A stretch of 64,000 nt of DNA from Candidatus Versatilivorator sp. (GTDB lineage Bacteria; Acidobacteriota; Terriglobia; Versatilivoradales; Versatilivoraceae). The stretch covers positions 320,001 to 384,000 of the forward strand of contig OZ242296.1 in NCBI GenBank assembly GCA_965207735.1, read 5' to 3'. This document shows, piece after piece, positions 17,801-26,752 of the stretch. Under the pieces are notes generated by a model. That model searched no databases and was not told the origin of the DNA. It worked only from the letters and a program-made list of their open reading frames with translations. Position 1 is the stretch's first letter, and each line of letters begins with the position of its first letter. Position numbers and translations under genes: made by a program.

Positions 17801-20800
17801 GCTATGAGTACCGACTGAAAGAAGGCCTGGGCGAGGTCGGAGAGTGGACACCCATCCCGGACAGTGCCCCCGGGGAGGTCAACGCCTCCGGCTACACCCT
17901 CATGGGGCTTCTCAACGGGACGGTCTATGCCTTGGAGCTGCGGGCGGTCAACCAGATCGGCAACGGGCGGGAGACGGAGGCGGTGGAGGCGGTGATGGCT
18001 CTGGACCCGGCCTATCGGTCGAACTTCCGGGCGGAGGACCTGGAGGGTGGAGAGGCCGGATTGGAGTGGACGCCGTTTGGAGGAAGCCGGCGGAGTCTGA
18101 AGGTGAGGTTTGGAGGGGGGCTGCGGTTCGTGGAGAGCGAGCTGGACACAGCGGGGGAAGTGACGGCGACCCGCATGGGGAGCTACCGGTACCGCTACAC
18201 CAGCCAAAGGACGGGAGAGCTGAGCCTGGACTACGACGGGGGGGAGACGTGCGAACTGCGGATGAGCTTCAGCGGAGTGGGAGCAGGCAGCTACAGCTAC
18301 CGCTGCGGGGGTGCGTTGCAGGGACAGGGGAGCTTCCGGCTGAGCGAGCTGAACCGGAGGCCGGAGATCACCAGCCCGGGGCAGTTCGAGGTGGTGGAGA
18401 ACCAGGCGAAGGTAGTGCGGCTGGAGGCGGTGGACTCCGACGAGGGGGACGAGGTTGCCGGCTACGGGATCGCGGGGGGAGCGGACGCAGCACTGTTTAG
18501 GGTAGTTGAGGAGACGGGAGAGCTGAGCTTCACGGAGGCGCCGGACTACGAGAGGCCTGCCGATGCGGTGAGCGCGGAGCCCGAAAGCCCTGCAGGAGAC
18601 AACGAATACGTGGTGGTGGTGGAGGCGAGGAGCGGAGAGGGAGAGAGGGTGCGGAGGAGGAGCCGGACGATCCGGGTACGGGTGAGTGACGAGGAGGAGC
18701 CGCCGGGGGCGGTGCCGGCTCCGGAGGTGACCGCTGAGGGCACGGACAGCCTGACGGTGAGCTGGTCCGAGCCTGAGAACCGAGGGCCTGAGATCACCGG
18801 CTATGAGGTGCGCTACCGGGAGGAGGGAGAGGAAGGCTACCGGGACGGGGGACACGAGGGGACGGGACTGAGGTTGACGCTGACGGGCCTCGAGGAGGAG
18901 AGGCTCTACCGGGTGGAGGTGAGGGCCATGAACGAAGAGGGGAGGGGTGAGTGGTCGCAGCCGGGGGAAGGCAGGACGGGGATGGACGAGCCCGACGCAG
19001 AGGATCCGGCGGACTTCAGCGAGGAGGACCTGGAGGGGAGGCGGGCGACCTTGAGGATCACGGGCGAAGAGGGGACCGCCAGACGCATTGAACTGCGGTT
19101 TGCAGAAGGCAACCGATTCGAGCAGATCGAGAGGGTGGAAGCGCAGGCGGCGATTCGGTCGGAGAGTGCGGACTCCCGATCGGAGAGCACCACCTCCCGA
19201 ACGGGCGCCTACACCTATGAGAGGACAGGTCCGCGCAAGGGAAGGCTGGGGCTGGACTACGATGACGGGAGTTCCTGTGAAGTTTCACTGACCTTCACCG
19301 AGTTGGGAGAGGGCAGGTTCGTCTATGACTGCGGGGAGGGGGAGGTGGCCGCGGGGAGCTTCCGGCTGACGACGGGGTCGCCGTTCGTCCCGGTGATCCT
19401 GTCCTCGGCGGGGCGGAACAACTCGTTTTTCACCTCGGAGCTGACGCTGACCAACCGGGGGATGGAAGAGGCCACCCTCCACTACATCTACACGGCGGAT
19501 GCAGGTGGGGGAAGCGGCACGGCCACCGACCGGATCGACGCAGGTCGCCAGAAGATCGAGACCGACGCCCTGGACTATCTGAGGGGTCTGGGGGTACCGA
19601 TCCCCGCAACCGGGAACCGGATCGGGACATTGAGGGTGGAGGTCAAACTGGGCTCCGAGGTGGAGGCGGTGGTGCGGACCACCACGCTGGTGCCTGAGGG
19701 GAGGGCGGGGCTGGCCTACCTGGGAGTAGCCGAGGAGGAGGGCTTCAGCGAGCCGGTCTATCTGTGCGGGCTCAGGCAGAACAGCCAGGACCGCTCGAAC
19801 GTGGCCTTCCAGAACATGGGGACCTCAGAAGAGGGAGCGATCACGTTGAGGACCACGGTGTATTCGGGAGAAGCCGCGGATGCGATGGCCCGGATGCTGG
19901 ACGATGTAACGCTCGAGCCGGGAGGGTTTCACCAGTACTCGGGGCTGCTGGGGAGTGTGGAGAACGGCTACGTGAAGGTGGAGCGGGTGGAGGGAGAGGC
20001 GCCCTTCTACGCCTACGGGGTGATCAACGACCAGGCCAACTCGGACGGGTCGTTCGTCTTTCCGGTGACGGCCAGTTCACTGACGGGGACAACCCGACAG
20101 ACCTTGCCCGTAATTGTGGAGACCGGGGAGTTCAGGAGCGAGCTGACGGTGACGAACTTCTCCGAGGAACCCAGGAGGCTGGAATTCGAGTTTGTGGGCG
20201 AGCAAGTCAAGACCGACGACAAGACGGTTGCGTTCAGCATGGAGCTGGAAGCGGGCGAGCAGGCGATCGTGCCCGAGGTGGTGGAGGAGTTGCGGCGCCA
20301 GGGAGTGGCGGGGCTGGGCACGAGCCGGGGCTTTTACCTGGGACCGTTGTTCGTGGTGGCCGAAGAGGGAGACCTGAGCGGGATTGTGATCGGAGCCAGA
20401 ACGGGTTCGAAGGGAGGGGGCGGACAATACAGCGTCTTTTACAACGCGGTGCCGGAAGGAGAGGCCTTCGAGAAGGAAGCCTGGGTGGATGGACTGCAGC
20501 AGAACGAGGAGAACCGCAGCAACCTGGCGCTGGTCAACACCGGCGAGATAGATGACAGCGCGAGCATCTTTCACCTGGAGATCTACAACGGGGAGACGGG
20601 AATGCTGGAGGAGACGGTGGTGACCAAGCCGATCCCGGCCCGGGGCTGGCATCAGATCGACGGCATCCTGCTGAGAGCCAACCCGGAGACCCGTCAGGGG
20701 TACATCCGGATCGAGAAGGTGTCGGGAGAGAACCCGTTCCTGGCCTACGGGGTGGTCAACGACGGCGGGGCGCCCGGAGAGCGTAGCGGCGACGGAGCCT

Positions 20801-20820
20801 ACCTGCCGGCGAGGGAGTAG
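14866..20820 (+). CDS. Giant secreted/surface protein, paralog 3 (SwmB-like head, Calx/cadherin-like, FN3, Ig/SwmB unit, stalk, common C-terminal module)
   Basis: 1984-aa ORF; signal-peptide-like RFAGVLLVLAALLALPVPTKA-Q; same repeats and C-terminus as paralog 1; exact start uncertain. Confidence 0.9.
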   Translation: MPPLHRNEGSLRLASTLSSANLPTPALGIRFAGVLLVLAALLALPVPTKAQTEDTVRPTLVSARTDGSNIILTFSEEVFLSPLVRYVQELYNVPFNYFVRPVFDVTINGHQAFLNDGYSLSGTELTLFSAYTIYSDDEVRIAYNNIFAQNAGGVFVDAAGNTVPYFSSTTVQNNAESGTSSVTAGLVLNTGETDPSEITIEEGSSGTFTIALASQPSEDVTVKVSAFIGVRISTDELTFTPEDWDTPQTVTIFTTSDGDSIDAWAIVWSFIDGDSHSFRFVKILVDDQDTPLVVSGGASTDYAENDTSAVATYSVADGGTETVFWRLLGHDKSAFSLSQAGELTFKTPPDYESPADSSGDNLYQVTIHASKGSSTGALLDVAVNVTDVEPPSAPDAPTVSLIPGVPDSLDVSWDAPDNTDSYDLQYREAAGGSWNDGTQNQTGTSATITGLDGDTSYQVQVRASNDEGDSPWSDAGTGQTYAPPTVSSLAISSDPGTDRTYALGDEIQVTVTFSETVEVTGTPQLRLELGGGRRTAAYEGGSGSVDLVFAYEVADGDSDMADGVGVEADSLSLNGGTIRDTSDNPAGLDHDGLTANASHKVDGVRPELASAGGAVATGTTLRLTYDELLDGSSTPESGDFTMSGGDHARMVTGVGLSGSTVVLTLDVGAEHGEAGIRVSYTPGTNPLRDVAGNEAAALSLKSVTNETPDPTAPLTLETMTMEEAPVSGPFAVRFSFSEEVTVFSGSEIETGQDPMCRDELNNTVFCDPGIGGLQTGDNRVFTTTVTPSIDRVDHSYTLTLTVPGDAVRSSVGNKPNEKGMLEVRVSPPGAPEPISTLSLAANGSNESVRMSWNRPSDNGGSPIIRYEYRYAAIGEAWSEWENVGAGSSGVTVGGLINGREYVIEARAVNALGKGGVETVMATPVAGGGNGSGGGGGGGGGGGLLFAPEAPAVLTATPGDGAVRLGWSPPASDGGAEILRYEYRLKEGLGEVGEWTPIPDSAPGEVNASGYTLMGLLNGTVYALELRAVNQIGNGRETEAVEAVMALDPAYRSNFRAEDLEGGEAGLEWTPFGGSRRSLKVRFGGGLRFVESELDTAGEVTATRMGSYRYRYTSQRTGELSLDYDGGETCELRMSFSGVGAGSYSYRCGGALQGQGSFRLSELNRRPEITSPGQFEVVENQAKVVRLEAVDSDEGDEVAGYGIAGGADAALFRVVEETGELSFTEAPDYERPADAVSAEPESPAGDNEYVVVVEARSGEGERVRRRSRTIRVRVSDEEEPPGAVPAPEVTAEGTDSLTVSWSEPENRGPEITGYEVRYREEGEEGYRDGGHEGTGLRLTLTGLEEERLYRVEVRAMNEEGRGEWSQPGEGRTGMDEPDAEDPADFSEEDLEGRRATLRITGEEGTARRIELRFAEGNRFEQIERVEAQAAIRSESADSRSESTTSRTGAYTYERTGPRKGRLGLDYDDGSSCEVSLTFTELGEGRFVYDCGEGEVAAGSFRLTTGSPFVPVILSSAGRNNSFFTSELTLTNRGMEEATLHYIYTADAGGGSGTATDRIDAGRQKIETDALDYLRGLGVPIPATGNRIGTLRVEVKLGSEVEAVVRTTTLVPEGRAGLAYLGVAEEEGFSEPVYLCGLRQNSQDRSNVAFQNMGTSEEGAITLRTTVYSGEAADAMARMLDDVTLEPGGFHQYSGLLGSVENGYVKVERVEGEAPFYAYGVINDQANSDGSFVFPVTASSLTGTTRQTLPVIVETGEFRSELTVTNFSEEPRRLEFEFVGEQVKTDDKTVAFSMELEAGEQAIVPEVVEELRRQGVAGLGTSRGFYLGPLFVVAEEGDLSGIVIGARTGSKGGGGQYSVFYNAVPEGEAFEKEAWVDGLQQNEENRSNLALVNTGEIDDSASIFHLEIYNGETGMLEETVVTKPIPARGWHQIDGILLRANPETRQGYIRIEKVSGENPFLAYGVVNDGGAPGERSGDGAYLPARE
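17326..18979 (+). repeat. Stalk segment, copy 2 (homologous to 4638-6294)
   Basis: Direct nucleotide comparison. Confidence 0.9.
19198..20820 (+). repeat. C-terminal module repeat, copy 3
   Basis: Colinear with 6489-8111. Confidence 0.95.
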
Positions 20821-21188
20821 GGCCCGGCCGGGAGTGGCACGGGCACGGCAATCATCTGGAATCTCTACTTCAAGGGGAGTTCCACAGGATAATCGTGTGC
20901 GAGCTCTACTTGCTGACCGGTGGGGTGTTCTCGTGCTCGTAGTGCCAGCTACGCTCTTCAGTCGCGAGTACGCGCTGAAGGGGAAGCTGACGACTCCAAG
21001 ATTATCTCCCCCGGTGAACAACCTTGCTGGAATGCACAATGGAATTCGGTTGGTGCGGCTGCCGGCGAGATGAACGGCGGCATGAGGCATGCGCACAGGA
21101 TTGTCTTGCCGTTGGAATGTAACAAAATTCAACCTGGTCAGGGGTGTCCGCGAGGGTGGTTGGACACCCGCTCAGACCCTTGAGAAAG

Positions 21189-22343
21189 ATGACACAATTT
21201 CCGTTAGCATACGCCGAGGGTTATAAGAGGGCTCGTCTCGAGGATGGGAGGCTGGCTGACAGGTACATGGAGCATACTGTTGTGGGGGATCCGGATCTGG
21301 ATCCAGTAATGGAGGAAGTCGCCTCGTTGCCTCAGAGTGAAATGCACCGTTTCATCAAGGCAGGCGTCGAAGAAAATGATGCGGTTTTCCGGGAAGCGCC
21401 GGAGGCGTTGCGGGATTTCTTCAGGAACCTCAAGCCGCCTCCGTGGCTGGACTACGACGCTTTCAACCCGGGCGTGCGCGCCTTTCAGGCCAACACCAGC
21501 CGCGTCATGGCGGCCTTCGTGTGCGGGGCACTAATCGAAGGATTTTCGACGCTCATCAGCAAGTCGTTCTCGATGACCGGACGCGTGTTGGACCGGTCAA
21601 CAGCCAAGAGACGCTTCATGCAGAACATTCGTCATCTTCTGGGCGTCTTCTTCCCCGATGGCTTGCAAAGAGAAGGCGGTGGGTGGAAGCTGTCGCTACG
21701 TGTGCGCTTCGTCCACGCGCGGATACGTTATCTCCTGACTCACTACGGGGATTGGCGTCACGAGTCCTGGGGCACGCCGGTCAGCGCTGCCCATCTCGGT
21801 CTCGCCATGACAGTTTTCTCCATGCGGCTGTTGGAACATTCAATGGCGCTTGGCGCCGTGTTCAACCGGGAAGAGCAACAGAGCGTCATGGCGGTGTGGC
21901 GTTATGCCGGCTACGTTATGGGGGTGCCGGAAACAATCCTCTATGCCACCGAGGAGGATGCCCGGCGCCTATATATGATCGGTTTGCTGTGCGAGCCTTC
22001 CCCGGATACCGATGCGGCCAACATGGCCAATGGGTTGATCGACGCCATCCCGTTGACCGTGGACGTGGCCGACGCCGTCGAACAGCGCGCTCTTAGACAA
22101 CTGACCTATTCTCTGTCGCGGCCCCTGATCGGAAACAAACTCGCCAACCAGTTGTTGTTTCCGAAAACCCGCACCATGGGTGTGCTGTTCGGTTTTCGGA
22201 TGAAGCAGCGCTTTTGGAAGACCCAACAAGTGGTGAGGTTGGAAAGCTTCTCTCAGCTTCTTCAGCTCGCGGTGAACAACGAGGAGGGCATGAGCTTCAG
22301 GATGCCCGACCATGTCCATTCGTCGAAATCGAGTCCTTGGTGA
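21189..22343 (+). CDS. Oxygenase MpaB / rubber oxygenase Lcp-like (DUF2236) protein
   Basis: GDPDLD near the N-terminus, PPWLD, LRVRFVHARIR, WGTPVS and WRYAGYVMGV are characteristic of the family. Confidence 0.8.
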   Translation: MTQFPLAYAEGYKRARLEDGRLADRYMEHTVVGDPDLDPVMEEVASLPQSEMHRFIKAGVEENDAVFREAPEALRDFFRNLKPPPWLDYDAFNPGVRAFQANTSRVMAAFVCGALIEGFSTLISKSFSMTGRVLDRSTAKRRFMQNIRHLLGVFFPDGLQREGGGWKLSLRVRFVHARIRYLLTHYGDWRHESWGTPVSAAHLGLAMTVFSMRLLEHSMALGAVFNREEQQSVMAVWRYAGYVMGVPETILYATEEDARRLYMIGLLCEPSPDTDAANMANGLIDAIPLTVDVADAVEQRALRQLTYSLSRPLIGNKLANQLLFPKTRTMGVLFGFRMKQRFWKTQQVVRLESFSQLLQLAVNNEEGMSFRMPDHVHSSKSSPW

Positions 22344-22350
22344 GTGCTAG

Positions 22351-22651
22351 CTAGAAATTGTAGATCAAGCTGAACGAAAAAAGCTGTCCCGCCGCGCCTC
22401 ATGGATGATGTCGGATTCGTCCACGCCGGGGAAAGCGGTCGATTCCAAGCTAAGTGACCACCGATCCGTAATCCGCCGGTTGAATTCCAGAGTCACGACG
22501 CGTGAGGCGCGGCGGGTGTGGGGGTTGGAGATGCGGGCGGCAAAGAAGGCCTTGGCGTCGGCGCGCTCAAGGACTACGGGGACCGATCGGGGGGGGGATC
22601 CAAGGCCTGGGAGGTAGGCAGAAGAGTGGCTTGTGCAGGGGATCGATCCAT
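22351..22651 (-). pseudogene. Chimeric remnant: tyrosine-recombinase-like N-terminus joined to a beta-barrel-like C-terminus
   Basis: Minus strand reads ...KAFFAARISNPHTRRA (like integrase FFxxxIRNPNTRRAY), then ...EFNRRITDRWSLSLE...RRDSF and, after a frameshift, ...LIYNF-stop. Frameshifts at G9 (22589-22597) and A6 (22377-22382). Confidence 0.5.
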
Positions 22652-22869
22652 GGCCATTTAGCTACAAATAACATACTCTATCGTCACTTCAAAACGAGCT
22701 TCAGACTCCAAATAGAGAAGAAGCCTTCGATTTAGTCTTCGTTCCGGCCTTGCGGTGTCCTCACCGTCATGGGTGCAAAGGAGAGGGCAATCGCCCTGTA
22801 CTTGATCCTGTTTTGGGGTTAACCTTTGACGGTTTCAAATAGACCCGAACGACAGGTTCGGAAGGACCG

Positions 22870-24597
22870 GTGCACTCCATGGATCGCCTGACCCAACTGC
22901 CTCACCGCTTTCAGCGCCGCTACCTCCCCGATACGCTCGATTACGAGCGATGGAGTCGCCTGGAACCGTTCTTCCGGGCACTGGAAGAGAGGGAGCTGGA
23001 TTCCGTGGAAAGGCTGGAACAGTGGCTGCTGGACTGGAGCGAGTTGAGCGATGCCGTGGGGGAAGAGGGCTCGCTTCGCTACATCCGCATGACCTGTGAC
23101 ACCGAGAATCCGGAGATCGAAAAGGCCTACTTTCACTTTCTGGAGGAGATTGCAGAGAATCTCAAGGCCGCCGAGGATCGGCTCAAGCGCTGTTTCCTCG
23201 CTTCCCCGGCGAAGGGACAGCTTGCGGCCGAGCGGTATTCCGTCCTGGACCGCAGGCTCCAGAATGACGTGGATCTGTTCCGCCAGGCCAATATTGCTTT
23301 GGAGACCCGAGAGTCCAAGGGAACTCAGCGCTATCAGAAGTTGATTGGATCCCTGACGGTGTCCTTCGAGGGTAGGGAACAGACCCTGCAACAGATGAAG
23401 CGCTATTTGGAGTATCCGGAGCGAAGCCGGCGGGAAGCGGCCTGGAAGGCCGTGGTCGAATGCCGTCTGAAGGAGCGGGACCGCCTGGAGGAGCTCTTTG
23501 AAGACCTGCTGGGAATCCGATCGTCGATTGCAGCCAACGCGGGTTTCGATTCCTATCGGGACTACATGTTCCGCCGCCTGGAGCGATTCGACTACGGCCC
23601 GGAGGAGTGCTATCGATTTCATCAGGGGGTCGAATCGGTGGTCGTGCCGCTGGCGCGCAAACTGCAGCGGTTGAGAGCCAAGGAGATGGGTGTGGAATCT
23701 CTGCGTCCGTGGGACTTGGGCGTTGATCCCCGAGGCCGGCCGCCGCTTCGCCCATTCGTCCAAACCGGGGAACTGGTGGATGGCTGCGTGGAAATCACCG
23801 GCCGCGTGGACTCCCGCTTTGCCGGATTCCTGGAGACCATGCGCGGTCATGGACTGCTTAACCTGGACAGCCGCAAGGGCAAGGCCCCCGGAGGCTATCA
23901 GTCCACCCTGGATGAAGCCCGCCTGCCCTTCATCTTCATGAATGCGGTGGGGGTCGACGGCGATGTCCGGACGCTGCTGCACGAGGCAGGACACGCCTTT
24001 CACGTGTTCGCTACCCAGGAAGAGGCTTTGGGCGACTATCGCCACGGGCCGATTGAATTCTGCGAAGTGGCCTCCATGAGCATGGAGCTGCTGGGTGGAG
24101 AGCACCTGGAGGTGTTCTACGGCCGGGAGGAAGACTTCAAGCGTTCACGGAGGCAACATCTGGAGGGGATTGTGGACATTCTTGCCTGGATCGCCCAGGT
24201 GGACGCGTTCCAGCACTGGATTTACACCCATCCCGGACACAGCCCGACTCAACGGCGAGGTCAATGGGTGAGGTTGAACCAGCGTTTCGGTGGAATTGAA
24301 GACTGGTCGGGATTCGAGGAAGCTCTGCGCTGCGGTTGGCACCGTCAACTCCATATTTTCGAGCTGCCCTTCTACTACATCGAATACGCCATCGCTCAAC
24401 TGGGAGCTCTGCAGGTGTGGTTGAACTCCAAGCAGGACTTCAGGGGAGCCGTCAACGACTACTGGGCGGCGCTGCAGTTGGGCGGAAGCCGCCCGCTGCC
24501 CCAGCTCTTCCGCCGGGCGGGGGCCTCCTTCGATTTCGGACCCGCCACTCTGAAGCCCCTGATGGAGAGGGTGGAAGCGGAGTTGGAGGCTCTCTGA
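22870..24597 (+). CDS. pepF: M3 family oligoendopeptidase F
   Basis: HEAGH zinc motif, RKGKAPGGY, EFCEVASMSME, HIFELPFYYIEYAIAQLGAL. Confidence 0.9.
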   Translation: MHSMDRLTQLPHRFQRRYLPDTLDYERWSRLEPFFRALEERELDSVERLEQWLLDWSELSDAVGEEGSLRYIRMTCDTENPEIEKAYFHFLEEIAENLKAAEDRLKRCFLASPAKGQLAAERYSVLDRRLQNDVDLFRQANIALETRESKGTQRYQKLIGSLTVSFEGREQTLQQMKRYLEYPERSRREAAWKAVVECRLKERDRLEELFEDLLGIRSSIAANAGFDSYRDYMFRRLERFDYGPEECYRFHQGVESVVVPLARKLQRLRAKEMGVESLRPWDLGVDPRGRPPLRPFVQTGELVDGCVEITGRVDSRFAGFLETMRGHGLLNLDSRKGKAPGGYQSTLDEARLPFIFMNAVGVDGDVRTLLHEAGHAFHVFATQEEALGDYRHGPIEFCEVASMSMELLGGEHLEVFYGREEDFKRSRRQHLEGIVDILAWIAQVDAFQHWIYTHPGHSPTQRRGQWVRLNQRFGGIEDWSGFEEALRCGWHRQLHIFELPFYYIEYAIAQLGALQVWLNSKQDFRGAVNDYWAALQLGGSRPLPQLFRRAGASFDFGPATLKPLMERVEAELEAL

Positions 24598-24626
24598 ATT
24601 TTTCCCGACCCTTGGCGGATCCCTCT

Positions 24627-24672
24627 CCATGGGCTCACGCCCACGGCTACCTGCTGCCGCCGCTCCGCGGCT
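24627..24672 (-). repeat. REP-like element (GTAG followed by the palindrome CCGTGGGCGTGAGCCCATGG)
   Basis: GTAG tetranucleotide next to a GC-rich hairpin between convergent genes. Confidence 0.55.
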
Positions 24673-24801
24673 CGATTGGTCGCCCGGGGATTGTCAATTG
24701 CTAACAAGTGTCCCTCCCGCCCTGCCGGGCGGATCATACGAGAGTGAAACAATCTGAAATCAACCATCCCTTCGCGACCTTGGTACCCCGTCGCGGCCAA
24801 C

Positions 24802-24892
24802 CTCAGCGCCTTAGTGCCCCTTCGTCGTTCTTCGTGCCCCTTCGTGGATAAGTCTTTTTCTTTTGTGGTTTTGTCGGTTGTCTCAGGCAAGA
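24802..24892 (-). repeat. Intergenic repeat family B, copy 1 (CTTRYCTGARACAA...AAAAGASTTATCCACGAAGG plus CACGAAG-type units)
   Basis: Reverse complement aligns with 54634-54706 and 59538-59878. Confidence 0.75.
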
Positions 24893-24901
24893 CAAGGGAG
24901 C

Positions 24902-26500
24902 TCATTCCGGAGCCAGCCAGACCTTGCGGAAGTGGAAGTGCTGGAATCCCAATGCGTTGATCTCCAAGCCCCGAACCCGTTCCCGCCGCACCAGCGAGTA
25001 GCGCACCAGGGCCAGTGGCGCCACCACGTAATCGCTCAGGATCTGCTCTTCGATCTGCCGGTAGAGTCGGGCTCGTTTTTTCTCGTCGCGGGTTCCCCTG
25101 GCCCGGCGCAGCAGGCGGTCCACCCCCGGGTTGCTGTAACCAAAGGGGTTCCCGTTGCTGCGGGAGTGGAACAGCCGGCTCAACAGGGCATCGGGATCGG
25201 GAAAGTCGATCACCTCCCCAAGCAGGAACATCGAGGCCCGGCCGGCGTAGATTCCGTTGAGGAGCTCCCGCATGGAATCGACCGTCCGGACAGCGATCTT
25301 CAGTCCGACGGAGCGGGGTCCCTCCAGAAGATGTTCCAGCCTCCGGCGGGCCGCCGGTAGACGGGAAGAAGTCCAGAGGGTCAGGCGGGGAGGCACTGGC
25401 TGACTCTGCTCGAATTGCCTGAGGGTCTGCTTGGCCGCTTCCAGGTTTCGGTTGCGGAGGGGTTGCCGCCGGGACCCCAGCAGCGAGAAGGGAATCAACC
25501 GGTCGGTGGGCTCGAAGTCGGTCAAGCCGGCATAGACGGTGCCCGGATCGATGGCCAGGCAGACGGCCTTTCGCAGCAGCGGATGGCTCAGGTCGGGGTC
25601 CTTCATGTTGATGCCCAGGTAGAGCAGCCGCAGGACGGGAAAACTTCGGACCGCCCAATCCCTCCTGGTCGAGGCTCGGGTGATTTGATCGGCGGGAATG
25701 AAGGATAGGTCCAGGCGCCCCCGAGCAAATTCCCGGAAGCTTTCCCGATCGGTGAGAGCCGGGACGGTTCGAATTTTCAGGCCATCCAGGTAAGGTCTCC
25801 CCAGGAAGTAGTTCGAATGGCTCTCCAAGTGAACTACGGAGCCTGGTCCCAGCCTCTTCAGGCGAAAGGCTCCCGTCCCCACCGGTGATCGGCCGAACGG
25901 CGGCTGCCGGGATTCCACGGCTTCCCGGGGAACCACCGAGGCCGATGGAAGCGACAGCACATGCAGAAAGGGAGCATAGGGCTGCTCCAGGGAGATCTGC
26001 AGGGTATGGGAGCCCACGGCCTTGAGGCCGCTGAGGCTGTCCTCCTTTCCCGAGCGGAAGGCCGCGGCTCCCCCAATCCGGGTGTAATACTCCGAGTCCA
26101 CCGCTTTCCATCGGGGGTCCACCAGCCGGGTGAGGGAGTATACGAAGTCGCGGGCCGTGACCGCCCGTCCATTGTGGAACCGGACGTCCCGGCGCAGGTC
26201 AAAGGTATAGGTCTTGCCGTCGTAGGAGACCCGCCAGTCCCTGGCAATGGCGGGGGCCACCGCCAGATTCTCATCCAGCCGCACCAGGCCGTCGAACAGC
26301 TGCAGGACGATGCCGGATTCCCAGTAGTTGCGGGAGTGTATGGGGTCCAGCGAATCCACCGCCTGGGTCATGATTCGCAAGACCCCGCCGCCGGCCGGTG
26401 CCGGAACCGGATTTGCAGGGGGATGGCTCGGGCCGCACTGGACCCCAAAGACCAGGAACGGCGCTGCCAGGGCGCCGATCGCCCATGACTTGGCTTTCAT
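24902..26500 (-). CDS. ABC transporter substrate-binding protein, family 5 (Opp/Dpp-like)
   Basis: SLDP, QLFDGLV, YTFDLRRDVRFHNG, PVGTGAF. Confidence 0.9.
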   Translation of the reverse strand: MKAKSWAIGALAAPFLVFGVQCGPSHPPANPVPAPAGGGVLRIMTQAVDSLDPIHSRNYWESGIVLQLFDGLVRLDENLAVAPAIARDWRVSYDGKTYTFDLRRDVRFHNGRAVTARDFVYSLTRLVDPRWKAVDSEYYTRIGGAAAFRSGKEDSLSGLKAVGSHTLQISLEQPYAPFLHVLSLPSASVVPREAVESRQPPFGRSPVGTGAFRLKRLGPGSVVHLESHSNYFLGRPYLDGLKIRTVPALTDRESFREFARGRLDLSFIPADQITRASTRRDWAVRSFPVLRLLYLGINMKDPDLSHPLLRKAVCLAIDPGTVYAGLTDFEPTDRLIPFSLLGSRRQPLRNRNLEAAKQTLRQFEQSQPVPPRLTLWTSSRLPAARRRLEHLLEGPRSVGLKIAVRTVDSMRELLNGIYAGRASMFLLGEVIDFPDPDALLSRLFHSRSNGNPFGYSNPGVDRLLRRARGTRDEKKRARLYRQIEEQILSDYVVAPLALVRYSLVRRERVRGLEINALGFQHFHFRKVWLAPE

Positions 26501-26752
26501 GATGCTGTGTTCCGATGAACGGAGCCCGGCGGTCCGGGGGATGGACTTGGGGAGTGAGCCTCAGAGCGCCGATCCGGCAGAGGGGGTGCCGGTGGAGTTC
26601 AAAGGCCAAGCGTCCGGGACTGGGCCGAGCCTGCTCGCAAGACAGGAATACTGACGGCTCTGTTGCCGTCCCTTTGATCTTAGCAGGAACCGTTGTGTTC
26701 ATGCCTGCTTTGTGCAAGGCTTGAGCCTGAATCCACTCGATAGGGACCGTCG

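Noticed and set aside
6489-20820. Diversity-generating retroelement (TR/VR pairs) as the cause of the near-identical repeats
   Set aside because: No reverse transcriptase in the window; differences are block-wise and not confined to adenines; repeats are >1 kb and coding
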